From Candidatus Krumholzibacteriales bacterium (GTDB taxonomy: Bacteria; Krumholzibacteriota; Krumholzibacteriia; Krumholzibacteriales; WJIX01), in assembly GCA_046483305.1 (NCBI GenBank), contig JAWODM010000004.1, positions 1 through 64,000 of the forward strand: 64,000 nucleotides of DNA. The letters are read 5' to 3'. The position numbers and the translations under genes were made by a program. Every line of letters starts with the position of its first letter. Position 1 is the stretch's first letter. This document shows, piece after piece, positions 9,666-20,543 of the stretch. The notes beneath the pieces were generated by a model. It was not told the origin of the DNA. It worked only from the letters and a program-made list of their open reading frames with translations, and did not search any database.

Positions 9666-11390
9666 ATGAGAGCATCCAGGTTACTCAATACCCTGCTGTT
9701 TTTATTTCTTTTTATAATATCGGCAAATTCTACTTCCGAAATAATACCGGAGCGGAAAATAGATTTCCGGCTTCTCTCGGACGAATCCGGAAGCGGACCG
9801 CTGAAGGTGTGGATCTTCTTTGAAGAAGAGAAGGGCTCTTCTGCCGGGAGCCGGATAGTTTCGGAAAGAGCTTTGAAGAGAATGCGCCTGCGTGGCTCTT
9901 CCCATGGGTTCCCGGCATCAGCCAGAAAAGTTCGAAAGGAATATCTCGGGGAGATCAGCGGCAGGGTCGAAAGGATCAGGAATATATCAAATTATTTCAA
10001 TGCGGCGAGCGCTGAAGTAAAGAGATCGAACCTTGGAGAAATCGCGGAACTCTCTTTTGTAAGGAAAATAGAGCCGGTGGCCGTTTTTCATCGTTTCGTA
10101 TCCAGGTTTTCGAGGGATACCTGTTCAGAATCTTATCCTGACAGACAGAATTCAACCAGATACGGGGAAAGCCTGGAGCAGCTCGATCTAATACAGTCGA
10201 CCGACCTTCTGGAGCTGGGAATAAACGGCTCGGGAGCGAGCACCGGGTACGATCCGGTAAGAATATGCCTTCTGGATACCGGATTTAATCTGGATCATGA
10301 GGCATTGGAGCATATCAGAGTTATAGCCCAGCGCGATTTCGTGCAGGGAGACTCGGTCACGTCAAATCAGGCAGGCGACCACCCCGATCAGGACAGGCAC
10401 GGGACCCTGGTACTGGGAGCGGCGGCGGGATACATGGAAGGAAGCCTGATCGGACCGGCATGGGGCGCAGAGTATATCCTGGGAAAGACTGAAATTTATG
10501 ACCGTGAAATCATTATCGAAGAAGATAACTGGGTGGCCGGTCTGGAGTGGGCTGACAGCGCTGGTGCGGATATAGTGTCCAGCTCGCTCGGTTATTTTGA
10601 ATGGTATTCCAATGAGGATATGGATGGTGAGACCGCGTTGACCACCCGGGCCGCTGACCGTGCCGCCGCCGCCGGAATACTGGTAGTGAATGCGGTAGGG
10701 AACCAGGGGTTCGAGGGGGATACGTCACTGATAGCGCCCTCTGACGCTGACAGTATTATAGCTGTGGGAGCGGTTTACGGCAGTGGAGATATAGTATACA
10801 GCAGCTCCAGGGGGCCTTCAGCTGACGGCAGAATAAAGCCGGAAGTAGTCGCCATGGGCGCAAATGTATACTCGGTGGACCCCGGCACTTATAACGGATA
10901 TGCCGGATTCAGCGGAACTTCTCTGGCCACCCCGCTGGTAGCCGGCGCCTGCGCTCAGGTTCTCGAAACAAATCCCTACCTGACGGTAATGGAGCTGAGA
11001 GATAAGATTCTGGGCACCGCTACCAGAAGTTCCAGTCCAGATAACTCCTACGGTTACGGGATCGTTCAGGGACTGGCGGCTTCCGGACTGCAGATACCTG
11101 AAAGGGGGAGTGATATTACAATCGACCTGCTCAGTAATAACCCTTTCGGGGATAACATTAAATTCCGGCTTTATGCTCCTCAATGGATTGAAGTATCCGT
11201 GAATCTGTATGACTGCCGGGGAAGACTGGTGAAAAATATCATTGAGTACGAGGTAATAAAGTTCGGCCTTGATCTGGACTGGGACGGGACAAATAACTCG
11301 GGGGAAAAGGTGGATGCCGGGATTTATTTTCTATCTGTTTTCAGCGGGGAAGAGTTGGTCAAAAACAGAAAGCTGGTATTAATCCCCTGA
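9666..11390 (+). CDS. subtilisin-like S8 serine peptidase with FlgD-Ig/T9SS-like CTD
   Basis: Catalytic motifs LDTG, HGT and GTSLATP, plus DGRIKPEVVAMG. Signal peptide from ATG 9666 (ORF track 9639). Confidence 0.9.
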   Translation: MRASRLLNTLLFLFLFIISANSTSEIIPERKIDFRLLSDESGSGPLKVWIFFEEEKGSSAGSRIVSERALKRMRLRGSSHGFPASARKVRKEYLGEISGRVERIRNISNYFNAASAEVKRSNLGEIAELSFVRKIEPVAVFHRFVSRFSRDTCSESYPDRQNSTRYGESLEQLDLIQSTDLLELGINGSGASTGYDPVRICLLDTGFNLDHEALEHIRVIAQRDFVQGDSVTSNQAGDHPDQDRHGTLVLGAAAGYMEGSLIGPAWGAEYILGKTEIYDREIIIEEDNWVAGLEWADSAGADIVSSSLGYFEWYSNEDMDGETALTTRAADRAAAAGILVVNAVGNQGFEGDTSLIAPSDADSIIAVGAVYGSGDIVYSSSRGPSADGRIKPEVVAMGANVYSVDPGTYNGYAGFSGTSLATPLVAGACAQVLETNPYLTVMELRDKILGTATRSSSPDNSYGYGIVQGLAASGLQIPERGSDITIDLLSNNPFGDNIKFRLYAPQWIEVSVNLYDCRGRLVKNIIEYEVIKFGLDLDWDGTNNSGEKVDAGIYFLSVFSGEELVKNRKLVLIP

Positions 11391-11728
11391 AGGGGGCAGT
11401 TGAATCCATCAGAAAGATCCACACGGAATATGAGAATACTGCATAGATTTTTCTTTCCTTTCGTTTTTATCTGAGATTCATACGACCTTGAGTCCGGTTC
11501 CCGGTGATCCTTTCATGCAATAAATGATTGGTCTCTTAAAAAATGCCCGCCCAGGCGAGAAAATAGTTGTCATGCAGCGGAAGTAGGACATATTATTTAA
11601 AGGAAACAGGTTAAATCTTTTGTGCAATCCGGGATGCAGGTATCCCGGAGCATTAAATCGGGATTTTATATATGTGTCTGAATATGGATCGAACAGATTT
11701 TACTTGGTAAGTCACGGAGGTGACAGTA

Positions 11729-14482
11729 ATGGCGGACGATAAATACGTATATTATTTCGGAGGCGGAAAAGCTGAGGGAAGCGCGGATATGAAGAATAAA
11801 TTGGGAGGAAAAGGGGCAAACCTGGCTGAAATGGCCTCTCTGGGGATACCTGTACCCCCCGGCTTTACCATATCCACGGATGTATGCACTTATTTCTATG
11901 AAAACGATTCTGAGTACCCGGAAGGGCTCAGAGAAGAAGTGGAAAAGAAGCTGAAAAAGGTTGAGGAGGAAATGGGCTATGGTTTCGGCGACGTCGAGAA
12001 ACCGCTTCTTCTGTCGATACGCTCCGGCGCCAGGGTCAGTATGCCCGGAATGATGGATACCGTTTTGAATCTTGGATTGAATAAGGATACGGTAAAAGGA
12101 GTGGCGAAGATTGCCGGTGACGAACGTTTCGCCTGGGACTGCTACAGACGGTTCGTCCAGATGTACGGGGATGTTGTGCTGGCGATGAAACCGGACGACA
12201 AGGATGACCTGGACCCGTTCGAGGAGATACTGGTCGAGAAGAAGAAAAAGGCTGGCGCCGAGAATGATGTGGACCTTGATGTTGATGATTTAAAAGATCT
12301 TACGGAGGAATTCAAGAAGCTGATCAGGGATAAGAAGGGAGTAGAATTTCCGGAGGATCCCATGGAACAGCTGTGGAACGCCATCGGCGCGGTTTTTAAT
12401 TCCTGGAATAATGAAAGAGCTATCTCGTACAGGAAGCTTAACGGCATACCGCATCACTGGGGAACCGCGGTCAATGTTCAATCGATGGTTTTCGGCAATA
12501 TGGGGAACAACTCCGGAACAGGTGTTGCCTTTACCAGGAACCCGGCAACGGGCGAGAAGAGTTTCTACGGCGAGTACCTGCTGAACGCGCAGGGTGAGGA
12601 TGTAGTGGCGGGAATACGAACCCCTCATCCGATAAATGTAGAACAGAAAGTAGATGAGGACATTCCATCTCTTGAAGAGGAAATGAACGAAATCTACAAA
12701 GAGCTTCTGGAGATAAGGGATACCCTGGAAGAGCATTACAGGGATATGCAGGACCTCGAATTCACCATACAGGACGGCAAACTTTGGATTCTTCAGACCC
12801 GCACCGGCAAAAGGACCGGTTTTGCCGCCATCAGGATAGCGGTGGATATGGTGCGAGAAGAAATTATTAAACGCGAAGAAGCGATTTCCCGGCTTGACCC
12901 GGAGCAGCTGAACCAGTACCTTCAGCCGGTTTTTGATGTTGAAGAGAAGGAAAAAGCGGTGGAGGAAGGCAACCTTATTGCCAAAGGGATCAATGCCGGG
13001 CCCGGCGCCGCTTCCGGAAAAGTTGTCTTTAATGCCGATGACGCCGAAGAAATGGCCGGCCGGGGAGAGCCGGTAATCCTGGTAAGGATTGAAACCAGTC
13101 CCGAAGATATCAGAGGAATGAGCGCCGCGGAAGGTATTCTGACTTCAGCCGGCGGGGCGACTTCACACGCGGCTCTGGTTGCCAGGCAGATGGGTAAGGT
13201 CTGCGTGGCTGGCGCGCGCGACCTTAATATTAATTACAGGGAGAGGGTTATAAAAGTAGGTGACAGGGTTATAAAAGAGGGAGACTACATCTCAATAGAC
13301 GGAACTACCGGAGAAGTGCTCTCCGGCGAAGTGGAAACCAGACCCTCGGACGTGATAAGAGTGATTGAAGGGTCCATGGACGAGGATGATTCGGAGATAT
13401 ATTCATATTACAGGGAATTGATGGAATGGGCCGGTGGTTTCAGGGAACTTGGAGTTCGGGCTAATGCGGACCGGGAATCGCAGGCGGCACAGGCGGCTTC
13501 GTTCGGGGCGGAAGGGATAGGGCTGTGCAGAACCGAGCATATGTTTTTTGAGGGTGACAGGATAGACGCCATTAGAGAGATGATACTTGCCCCGGATTCA
13601 TCCGGGAGAGAGAAAGCACTGAAGAAACTGCTTCCCATGCAGAAGGAGGATTTCAAGAAGATATTCAAGGCCATGGACGGAAAACCGGTTACGGTGAGAA
13701 CTCTGGATCCCCCGCTTCACGAATTTCTCCCTTCCGAGCAGAAGGAAATAGATAAGCTGGCCGGTAAAATCGGAATGGATAATTCAGATATCAGGGATAA
13801 GATTGCATCGCTGAAGGAGCAGAATCCGATGCTGGGACACCGGGGCTGCCGCCTTGGGATAGTCTTTCCGGAGATAACGGCCATGCAGGCAAGAGCCATT
13901 TTAGAGGCTGCGTCTGAATTGAGGGAAGAAGGTTTCGATCCCAGGCCGGAAATAATGATACCACTGGTCGGGTCGGTCAGGGAATTCCAGCTCCAGGAGG
14001 ACGTAGTACGCGGGGTTGCCAGAGAAGTACAGAAAGAGAAAGGTGTGGATCTGCCTTATCTGGTAGGGACCATGGTAGAGATCCCGAGAGCCTGCCTGAC
14101 CGCGGACAGCATAGCCGAAAAGGCCCAGTTCTTCTCTTTCGGCACCAATGACCTTACCCAGACTACTTTCGGTATCAGCAGGGATGATGCAGGGAAATTC
14201 ATGACGGAATACCTCGATCAGGATATCTGGTCTTCAGACCCCTTCCAGAAACTGGATGTTGACGGCGTAGGCCAGTTGATTGAGACAGCGGTAAGTAAAG
14301 GCAGAGGGCAGAACCCCGACCTTAAGATCGGAATATGCGGTGAGCACGGAGGCGACCCCTCATCTGTCAGGTTCTGCTACAGGACCGGCCTGGATTATGT
14401 AAGCTGTTCGCCTTTCAGAGTACCTATAGCGATACTTGCAGCCGCTCAGGCAACTCTGGAAAAGAAGGAAGATCAGAATTAG
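11729..14482 (+). CDS. ppdK: pyruvate, phosphate dikinase
   Basis: KYVYYFGGGKAEG, LGGKGANLAEM, SIRSGARVSMPGMMDTVLNLG, GGATSHAALVAR, FSFGTNDLTQ, GICGEHGG. SD GGAGGTG precedes ATG 11729. Confidence 0.97.
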   Translation: MADDKYVYYFGGGKAEGSADMKNKLGGKGANLAEMASLGIPVPPGFTISTDVCTYFYENDSEYPEGLREEVEKKLKKVEEEMGYGFGDVEKPLLLSIRSGARVSMPGMMDTVLNLGLNKDTVKGVAKIAGDERFAWDCYRRFVQMYGDVVLAMKPDDKDDLDPFEEILVEKKKKAGAENDVDLDVDDLKDLTEEFKKLIRDKKGVEFPEDPMEQLWNAIGAVFNSWNNERAISYRKLNGIPHHWGTAVNVQSMVFGNMGNNSGTGVAFTRNPATGEKSFYGEYLLNAQGEDVVAGIRTPHPINVEQKVDEDIPSLEEEMNEIYKELLEIRDTLEEHYRDMQDLEFTIQDGKLWILQTRTGKRTGFAAIRIAVDMVREEIIKREEAISRLDPEQLNQYLQPVFDVEEKEKAVEEGNLIAKGINAGPGAASGKVVFNADDAEEMAGRGEPVILVRIETSPEDIRGMSAAEGILTSAGGATSHAALVARQMGKVCVAGARDLNINYRERVIKVGDRVIKEGDYISIDGTTGEVLSGEVETRPSDVIRVIEGSMDEDDSEIYSYYRELMEWAGGFRELGVRANADRESQAAQAASFGAEGIGLCRTEHMFFEGDRIDAIREMILAPDSSGREKALKKLLPMQKEDFKKIFKAMDGKPVTVRTLDPPLHEFLPSEQKEIDKLAGKIGMDNSDIRDKIASLKEQNPMLGHRGCRLGIVFPEITAMQARAILEAASELREEGFDPRPEIMIPLVGSVREFQLQEDVVRGVAREVQKEKGVDLPYLVGTMVEIPRACLTADSIAEKAQFFSFGTNDLTQTTFGISRDDAGKFMTEYLDQDIWSSDPFQKLDVDGVGQLIETAVSKGRGQNPDLKIGICGEHGGDPSSVRFCYRTGLDYVSCSPFRVPIAILAAAQATLEKKEDQN

Positions 14483-14520
14483 AAAGAGGTACCAAAGTCA
14501 GCATAAAACCGGCAACCAGG

Positions 14521-15348
14521 GTGCTTATCTCCAGATTCAGAAGTTCAATGGCAAGGATTGCGGATAATCCCGGATTGTTAAAATCGGTTCTTTTGAATAT
14601 GGCCGGATGCGCGGCTTTTACTGTCTTATCATCCGGGTTTACAGCGGCTTATATTGACAGGGATTATGGTATATCAATTCTGCTGTGGACACTTCCGGGG
14701 ACACTTCTGCTTTTGCTGGTTTATATTCTTAAACTGGATCTTATCAAAGGAAAGCAGGAGAAAGGCTTAAGGGATTCCTTCGGTTTTTCCAATCTCCTGA
14801 CAACCGTTAGAATTCTCGCCTCAATTCCAATTCTTGTTTCGTTTTTCAAAGGTTACCCAACAGCTGCATTTGTAATATATGCCGTCGCAGAAATAACGGA
14901 CGTGGTGGATGGATTCCTTGCAAGAAGGTATTCTCAAACCACCATACTGGGAGTTATTATTGACCCGGTGGGTGATATGCTAACTACCGAGGCTGTGTTA
15001 TTCTGCCTGTGGCGGGCGGGTGAAGTCCCCGGCTGGCTTTTCGCTCTTCTGTCGGCAAGATACCTGGAATTTTTCCTTGGATGGATCTTGCTTCTGGCCT
15101 CGGGGAAGCGGACGCCTCTCGCCTCGACAATAGCGGGGAAAATAGTTGGAATAGTTCAGTTCACGGGAATTATGCTTATTGTGTCGGATATTATCTTCAG
15201 GCCTTTTGATTTGACGGGACTGACCAGGGATATAATCATATATACACTTGGAATATCCTTTATCACAGTTATAATATCACAGACCTTAATAGGACTGATA
15301 GCATTCAGGGGCGGAGAGAATCACTCTTCCGCCACGGAGGGTAAATAA
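14521..15348 (+). CDS. CDP-alcohol phosphatidyltransferase family protein with N-terminal membrane extension
   Basis: Signature DVVDGFLARRYSQTTILGVIIDPVGD, preceded by NLLTTVRI. Confidence 0.85.
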   Translation: MLISRFRSSMARIADNPGLLKSVLLNMAGCAAFTVLSSGFTAAYIDRDYGISILLWTLPGTLLLLLVYILKLDLIKGKQEKGLRDSFGFSNLLTTVRILASIPILVSFFKGYPTAAFVIYAVAEITDVVDGFLARRYSQTTILGVIIDPVGDMLTTEAVLFCLWRAGEVPGWLFALLSARYLEFFLGWILLLASGKRTPLASTIAGKIVGIVQFTGIMLIVSDIIFRPFDLTGLTRDIIIYTLGISFITVIISQTLIGLIAFRGGENHSSATEGK

Positions 15349-15839
15349 TGGATTTTGGAGGAGAGCTTGCGGTTATAAAGCCTGTAGTAGTATGTCAGAT
15401 AGCAGGAATTGCCGGTCTGACCGGAAGGTTAAAGCTGATCACAGTCAATAACGGAGCCAGCCTGTATTTCAAAGGTGGAAAATTAATTTACGCCACTATT
15501 GATACCAGGAAAAAGAGGATCGGAGAAATACTGGTGGAAAGGGGATTGCTTACTGAAGAAACCCTGGTCCACGCCCTCAATGAATTCAGGAGGGGAGGCG
15601 GCGGCAAACGGATGGGAGATTACCTCATTGAGAATGGGGAACTGGACCATGATACACTGGTTTCCGTGATCAAGGAACAGATCAGAAATGTGGTCTATAC
15701 GGTTCTTCAGTGGGAAGACGGGAATTTTGTATATTTTGACGGCATCGCGCCAGAGAAAGAGGATATACTGCTGGATGTCAGAATCGACTATCTTCTGCTC
15801 GAGGGGTTGAGAAGGCTGGATGAAAAAGCTAAAGAGTAG
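15348..15839 (+). CDS. DUF4388 (PATAN-like) domain protein with MshEN-like RIGEIL repeats
   Basis: GELAVI...TGRLKL...LYFKGGKLIYA...RIGEILVERG...WEDGNF...LLLEGLRRLDE. TAATG coupling to the upstream gene. Confidence 0.8.
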   Translation: MDFGGELAVIKPVVVCQIAGIAGLTGRLKLITVNNGASLYFKGGKLIYATIDTRKKRIGEILVERGLLTEETLVHALNEFRRGGGGKRMGDYLIENGELDHDTLVSVIKEQIRNVVYTVLQWEDGNFVYFDGIAPEKEDILLDVRIDYLLLEGLRRLDEKAKE

Positions 15840-16695
15840 AATTCGGAGGTATGAACTGTTTTGGTGTCTGGCCACGGCATCAATATTTTTATTTTTCCCG
15901 GAAAATATGGAAGGCGCACCGTTTCAGTCTACCAGGTCAGAGGCGATGGGGGGAGTGCGCGTTCAGTTCAATGGTGAAGCCTCTTCCGGCTTTCTAAACC
16001 CGGCAGCCATGGGGAGCATGGGGTCCCCGGTGTTCTATCTTGATTATACCGGAGAAGACGAAAGCGAGATAAAGGGCGCCGCGGATATTCGTCCCCTGAG
16101 AAAATTGAATATCTCATTTCTTGCCGGCAGCAGAGAGCGGCAGATCGGGATTTTTGGATTAGGGTTTGCGGCCCGTCTGTTAACCGGAACCCCGAATACT
16201 TACCTTAATGCGGGCGCTTCCGCGAAAATGCTTACCGGAATAAACGATGAGCGTGAATACTCGTGTTGCGCAGAAGGCCTGAATGACGGTGGAGAGACCG
16301 GTTCAATCTCTGCGGGAATTATTTTCAGGCCTTTTCCATCATTTTCAATCAGATATGTAGGAGAGTGGGTAGCCGATTCGGTGTACCGGGATGTAACCGG
16401 AACTGGCGATAATCATAGAGCCGGTATCACTTTTCATATACTGTCGGCGGTATTTATATCGCTGGAAAGAGAATTTCTTGATGAAGGCTCTGTCAGTCAT
16501 TATGGTTTCAATCTTCAGACCGTATTGCCGATCGAGATAATGACCGGAATCAACGACGGGAGAGTCTCGGGAGGGTTGAGATTAAGCTGGAGATTTCTGA
16601 ATTCCTCGGTGGTTTTTTCCGAGAATGAAGACGGAGGGTTGCATACCAGGTTCTCTCTTGAATATTCCGGCGAAGATTCCATGGGAGAAAGTTGA
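15820..16695 (+). CDS. putative outer-membrane beta-barrel, PorV/FadL-like N-terminus
   Basis: Signal peptide, RSEAMGG...NPAAMG motif and amphipathic strands. Confidence 0.5.
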   Translation: MKKLKSRIRRYELFWCLATASIFLFFPENMEGAPFQSTRSEAMGGVRVQFNGEASSGFLNPAAMGSMGSPVFYLDYTGEDESEIKGAADIRPLRKLNISFLAGSRERQIGIFGLGFAARLLTGTPNTYLNAGASAKMLTGINDEREYSCCAEGLNDGGETGSISAGIIFRPFPSFSIRYVGEWVADSVYRDVTGTGDNHRAGITFHILSAVFISLEREFLDEGSVSHYGFNLQTVLPIEIMTGINDGRVSGGLRLSWRFLNSSVVFSENEDGGLHTRFSLEYSGEDSMGES

Positions 16696-18218
16696 TGGGG
16701 GCAGCCGACAAAATCATTTCTGCGGCAAAATCAATCACGGGTCTTTCTTTTAAGGTCCTGCCGGCAATGCTTATCTGTATCCTTGTGTCAGCGCCGGCCA
16801 CGGCGTCCTCTCCGGATTCATCCTGCTGCAGGTACTCGGTGGTGTTGCGGAACCGCCTGGAGATGAGGAGGAGCTCGCGGCCTTACGGGTGGAATTTAAT
16901 TGGCGATAGTACCTTTACCGCAGGCAGAATCTCATTTCTGTCAGCTGACCGGCGGGGCGGTAATTATGATTTCTTTGTAAAAGTCAGATCGGGGAAAGAG
17001 CGGGAGAGCAACTGGAGAGATTTCCTTTATCTGAATCAGGGAGCCTTTTCCATCAATCTCAGGCGGGCGGGCGGGAGATTGAAATACTTCCTGAGAGAAA
17101 GGGTTCATTATTCAAGGTTTATGCTGATACCTCTCATATCCAGTGATTCTCCCTTTCTCAGCAGAAACAGAGAAGGCCTCTCAGCGGAGCTGAATCCCGT
17201 AGAACCGGTAAATTTGAGTTACAGCGGAACCAGGCTCTCATCAGAGAAAGGCATAAGTGATAATTGGGGAATGCCCGGGATAAGGGGAAGAGTGGCGACT
17301 CTCCATAGAATATCAGCAGATTTCAGGATGAAAAGCAGGGCGGCATTTGGTGTCCATCTCTCGGAAATGAAACCGGTCAGCGGCAGCGAAGAAGCCGTTA
17401 TGGCCGGATTCAGAGGTTTACTGCAGTTTCGCGGTTTGACTCTGGCCTCTGAATACATCGAAAAGATACCTGGAGCCCTGGCTGATCTGAGCCCGGGATC
17501 TTTCAGGGGAATATCCCCTGCCGAATATAGATGGGGAAAGATAACAGGGGTGTTCCCGGAAGGTTCAGCATTCTCCACTGAGATAACCGGCCTCAATTTC
17601 AAGAATGTTGATTTCATAGCGGGATACAGTTATTCTGGCCCGGAATTTATATACCGGATGGGTGATCTCCGGAGAGCTCTCTCGGAAAACTATCTGCTGG
17701 CTGTATGGAAACACCCTGAAAAGGAAGCTATGATAGATGTTATGGGAGGAGATATTTATTATTTCAACCCGGGGGTGAATTATTCCTATGTACAGGGGAA
17801 TTGCAGGGTATATCTGAAGAAAGGTTTTGAAATCCGGTCAGGAGCTTTATTGAGAGAAGAAGAGAAGCCATCTTTATTCATATCCCTCACCGACGACAGC
17901 CCGGTAAGCAGTCTTACCGGGGGATTAAGGCTGGATGAAGGGGATAAGATATCGTTCATATCAAGCGGATCGTTGAATCTTACGAAAAGGTGGTCACTGG
18001 AGAGCCGGGTTTATTTGTACCGTTCGGATGAGAGCAGATATAATATCAGCGTTTCATACTTTCCCTCTCCGGGATTTTTATTCAGGCTTTCTGCGGGATC
18101 TTTCGATCCGGTTGAGGATATTATCTCTTTCCATAGAGGATTGCTGCCGGAGCTCCCTGCCGTCAATCGTTTTATAAGGGTTTACGCCAGGATGCTGTTG
18201 GGAGGAATGGAAGATTGA
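16695..18218 (+). CDS. hypothetical exported protein, probable outer-membrane beta-barrel
   Basis: TGATG coupling, signal peptide ending APATA, aromatic-rich beta-strand pattern. Confidence 0.55.
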   Translation: MGAADKIISAAKSITGLSFKVLPAMLICILVSAPATASSPDSSCCRYSVVLRNRLEMRRSSRPYGWNLIGDSTFTAGRISFLSADRRGGNYDFFVKVRSGKERESNWRDFLYLNQGAFSINLRRAGGRLKYFLRERVHYSRFMLIPLISSDSPFLSRNREGLSAELNPVEPVNLSYSGTRLSSEKGISDNWGMPGIRGRVATLHRISADFRMKSRAAFGVHLSEMKPVSGSEEAVMAGFRGLLQFRGLTLASEYIEKIPGALADLSPGSFRGISPAEYRWGKITGVFPEGSAFSTEITGLNFKNVDFIAGYSYSGPEFIYRMGDLRRALSENYLLAVWKHPEKEAMIDVMGGDIYYFNPGVNYSYVQGNCRVYLKKGFEIRSGALLREEEKPSLFISLTDDSPVSSLTGGLRLDEGDKISFISSGSLNLTKRWSLESRVYLYRSDESRYNISVSYFPSPGFLFRLSAGSFDPVEDIISFHRGLLPELPAVNRFIRVYARMLLGGMED

Positions 18219-20143
18219 AAGGCGTTAAGTTGATAATATTATTGGCAATAATGGCGGCTGCCATATTATTATCGGGACCGCCCGCCTGGACTGAAGTGAA
18301 ACTGGACGGAGAAGAGGTGATATTCAATTACCATGGAAGACCGGGGAAGACGGTATATCTTGTTGGCGATTTTAACGGCTGGAATTCTACCATAGACAGG
18401 ATGGTATGGGACGGGAGCAGTTACAGCGTAAGATTGTTTCTTTTGCCCAACAGGTACAGTTACCGGTTCGTGGTGGATGGAGAGAGATTGGTGGACCCGG
18501 ATAATCCAGCCAGGGATGAAGAAGGCAATTCGGTTTTTTATTTTGTGGAAGAGGATGGGGGATACAGATTGTATTTCACCAAACCTGGCGCATCAGCTGC
18601 GAAAGGTATATTTGAAGGGACTGATATAACTCTGAATGGCCTGTTGTTTGCCGACCGGGACACCATTAATTTCGCTTTTTCCGGAAGAATGGAAAGCAGA
18701 ATCAGCGATTATTTGTTCTGCAGAGCTGCCGCGGGATTTACGGAAGGAGAAGAGCCTTTCCTTATCGGATCAGAAGCGGTCAGTGAAGTAGAAGATCTCA
18801 GGTTCAGGGGGTTCTACCGAACCGCTGGGCTCAGCTTTGATGATCCGCTTCGTATAATCGGGCCGGCAGGCCCCTATAATTACCCTCTGGGTTTATTCTG
18901 CCGGGGGATAGAGATAGAAAAGGGAGGCGGTGGGTTGATTTCGGGGAATTTGTTCATCGCGGAAAGGCTGGAAGGCTACAGAAGCGGGCTGGAATCCGAA
19001 GAAAGGGCTTCAGGCGAAACCGGCGGGATAACTGTTACTGAAAGAGATCCGGCCGGAGACGAAATATTGGGAGCTGCAATCGGATTGAAGCTTGGGAAAA
19101 TCGGGCTTCGGTATCTACTCCGTCAGAACAGAGGCTACTCGGAATGGAAATACGGTGATGAAGAACGGTTGCAGAGCGCGGAAGAGCTGATTGTCAGCGG
19201 GCTCTGGGGAGAGTATGAGCTGTCTGAAAACAGTTTCATAGAGCTGGAGTTGCTTCTGGGAGAAAGTTCATTTCACGATTATGATTCATTGGCAAAAGCA
19301 AGGGACCTTGATATTCCTGAAGAGATGAAAGAGCAGTCCGGGTGGAAGCTCTACGCCGGGTTAAGCGGGAACCTGTCTGGAATGAGGATAACCGGTTGTA
19401 TCCGCAGAGATAATATTTCCAATTTCAATCCTGACGGAGAGGTGGAAAATGAGAAGATCAGAAACTCTGCGGCCCTGAAAGTCGAAGGAAACGCCTTCGA
19501 TTTAAAATATTACCTGGAGTTTGGAGGAGAGGTATTCCAGAATTCGAGGGGTTCTGATTTCTGGCTGCAACGCTCAAACCCATACCTGGACAGTGACCTG
19601 GTGAGGCCATTAACTATCCCGTTTATTGACTCCGGTGGAATTTTCAGATTCAGCTCTAAGTTATTTGAAACCGATTCCACTGGTTTATCATTTAATAATC
19701 AGCAGTTATCGGCGATTTTCATCTGCGACTCAGAAAATATATCAAAGCGGGTGTTGGAATTGAGATTGGCAAAATCTTTTTCACTTTCATACCTGACTTC
19801 CTGGGATAAGCTCGGGGGTGTGGACCTGATTACGGATTTTAGAGGAGTTGCTTATGAGCTGCCCGGCTTTAGCGACAGTTTCCTGGATATATTTCTCGGC
19901 CTGGGAAAGGGCAGCCGTGAAACCGCCTGGTTCGTCGCGGGGCTCGGCTTTAATCCTTACAGAATTGACAGATGGAAATCCAGTATTATGGCTGAGGGCA
20001 GGGAACTGTTTATGGAAGATAGCGGAGTATTAAGCTCAGCTTCCAGATATGATTTACCAGGGGTACTTGATAAGCTGCGGAATGCCGAGGAGGAAATATC
20101 CAGCAATTATTCCTTGTCGGTAGAGGCCGGGTTCAGTTTTTAA
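18215..20143 (+). CDS. CBM48 (AMPK-beta-like glycogen-binding) domain fused to a probable beta-barrel
   Basis: VYLVGDFNGWN...YSYRFVVDG...DPDNP. Ends VEAGFSF (terminal Phe typical of OMPs). TTG start overlaps the upstream TGA. Confidence 0.75.
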   Translation: MKGVKLIILLAIMAAAILLSGPPAWTEVKLDGEEVIFNYHGRPGKTVYLVGDFNGWNSTIDRMVWDGSSYSVRLFLLPNRYSYRFVVDGERLVDPDNPARDEEGNSVFYFVEEDGGYRLYFTKPGASAAKGIFEGTDITLNGLLFADRDTINFAFSGRMESRISDYLFCRAAAGFTEGEEPFLIGSEAVSEVEDLRFRGFYRTAGLSFDDPLRIIGPAGPYNYPLGLFCRGIEIEKGGGGLISGNLFIAERLEGYRSGLESEERASGETGGITVTERDPAGDEILGAAIGLKLGKIGLRYLLRQNRGYSEWKYGDEERLQSAEELIVSGLWGEYELSENSFIELELLLGESSFHDYDSLAKARDLDIPEEMKEQSGWKLYAGLSGNLSGMRITGCIRRDNISNFNPDGEVENEKIRNSAALKVEGNAFDLKYYLEFGGEVFQNSRGSDFWLQRSNPYLDSDLVRPLTIPFIDSGGIFRFSSKLFETDSTGLSFNNQQLSAIFICDSENISKRVLELRLAKSFSLSYLTSWDKLGGVDLITDFRGVAYELPGFSDSFLDIFLGLGKGSRETAWFVAGLGFNPYRIDRWKSSIMAEGRELFMEDSGVLSSASRYDLPGVLDKLRNAEEEISSNYSLSVEAGFSF

Positions 20144-20153
20144 CCGGAGTGCT

Positions 20154-20543
20154 GTGATGTACAGGAAATTATTTTGTTTAACAGCTTTAATAGGTTTATT
20201 GTCAGGATGCAGCTATATAGCCGGTTCAGTCAGATCACCGGAAATTGATGGACGGATGGTTACGTTTCGTGTTAGAATACAGTCTGCCAGGACGGTGCAG
20301 GTGGCGGGGGATTGGAATAACTGGGGCGCCGGTGACGGGGCTCAGGGAGAGGTCCTGGCAGGATTGATGGAGAAGAGCGCGGATGGCAGTCACTGGGAAA
20401 AGACAGTTAAACTGCCCGCGGGAAGGTATAAATACATATTTGTGGTAAATGAATCCATCCGGATTCTGGATGGAAGAAACCCGAGAGTGGTGCCGGACGG
20501 AAAGGGAGGAAAGGCGAATCTGCTTATTTTGCCGGGGTTATGA
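20154..20543 (+). CDS. CBM48-domain lipoprotein
   Basis: Lipobox LSGC; VQVAGDWNNW...LPAGRYKYIFVVN...DGRNP...DGKGGKANLL. Confidence 0.8.
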   Translation: MMYRKLFCLTALIGLLSGCSYIAGSVRSPEIDGRMVTFRVRIQSARTVQVAGDWNNWGAGDGAQGEVLAGLMEKSADGSHWEKTVKLPAGRYKYIFVVNESIRILDGRNPRVVPDGKGGKANLLILPGL

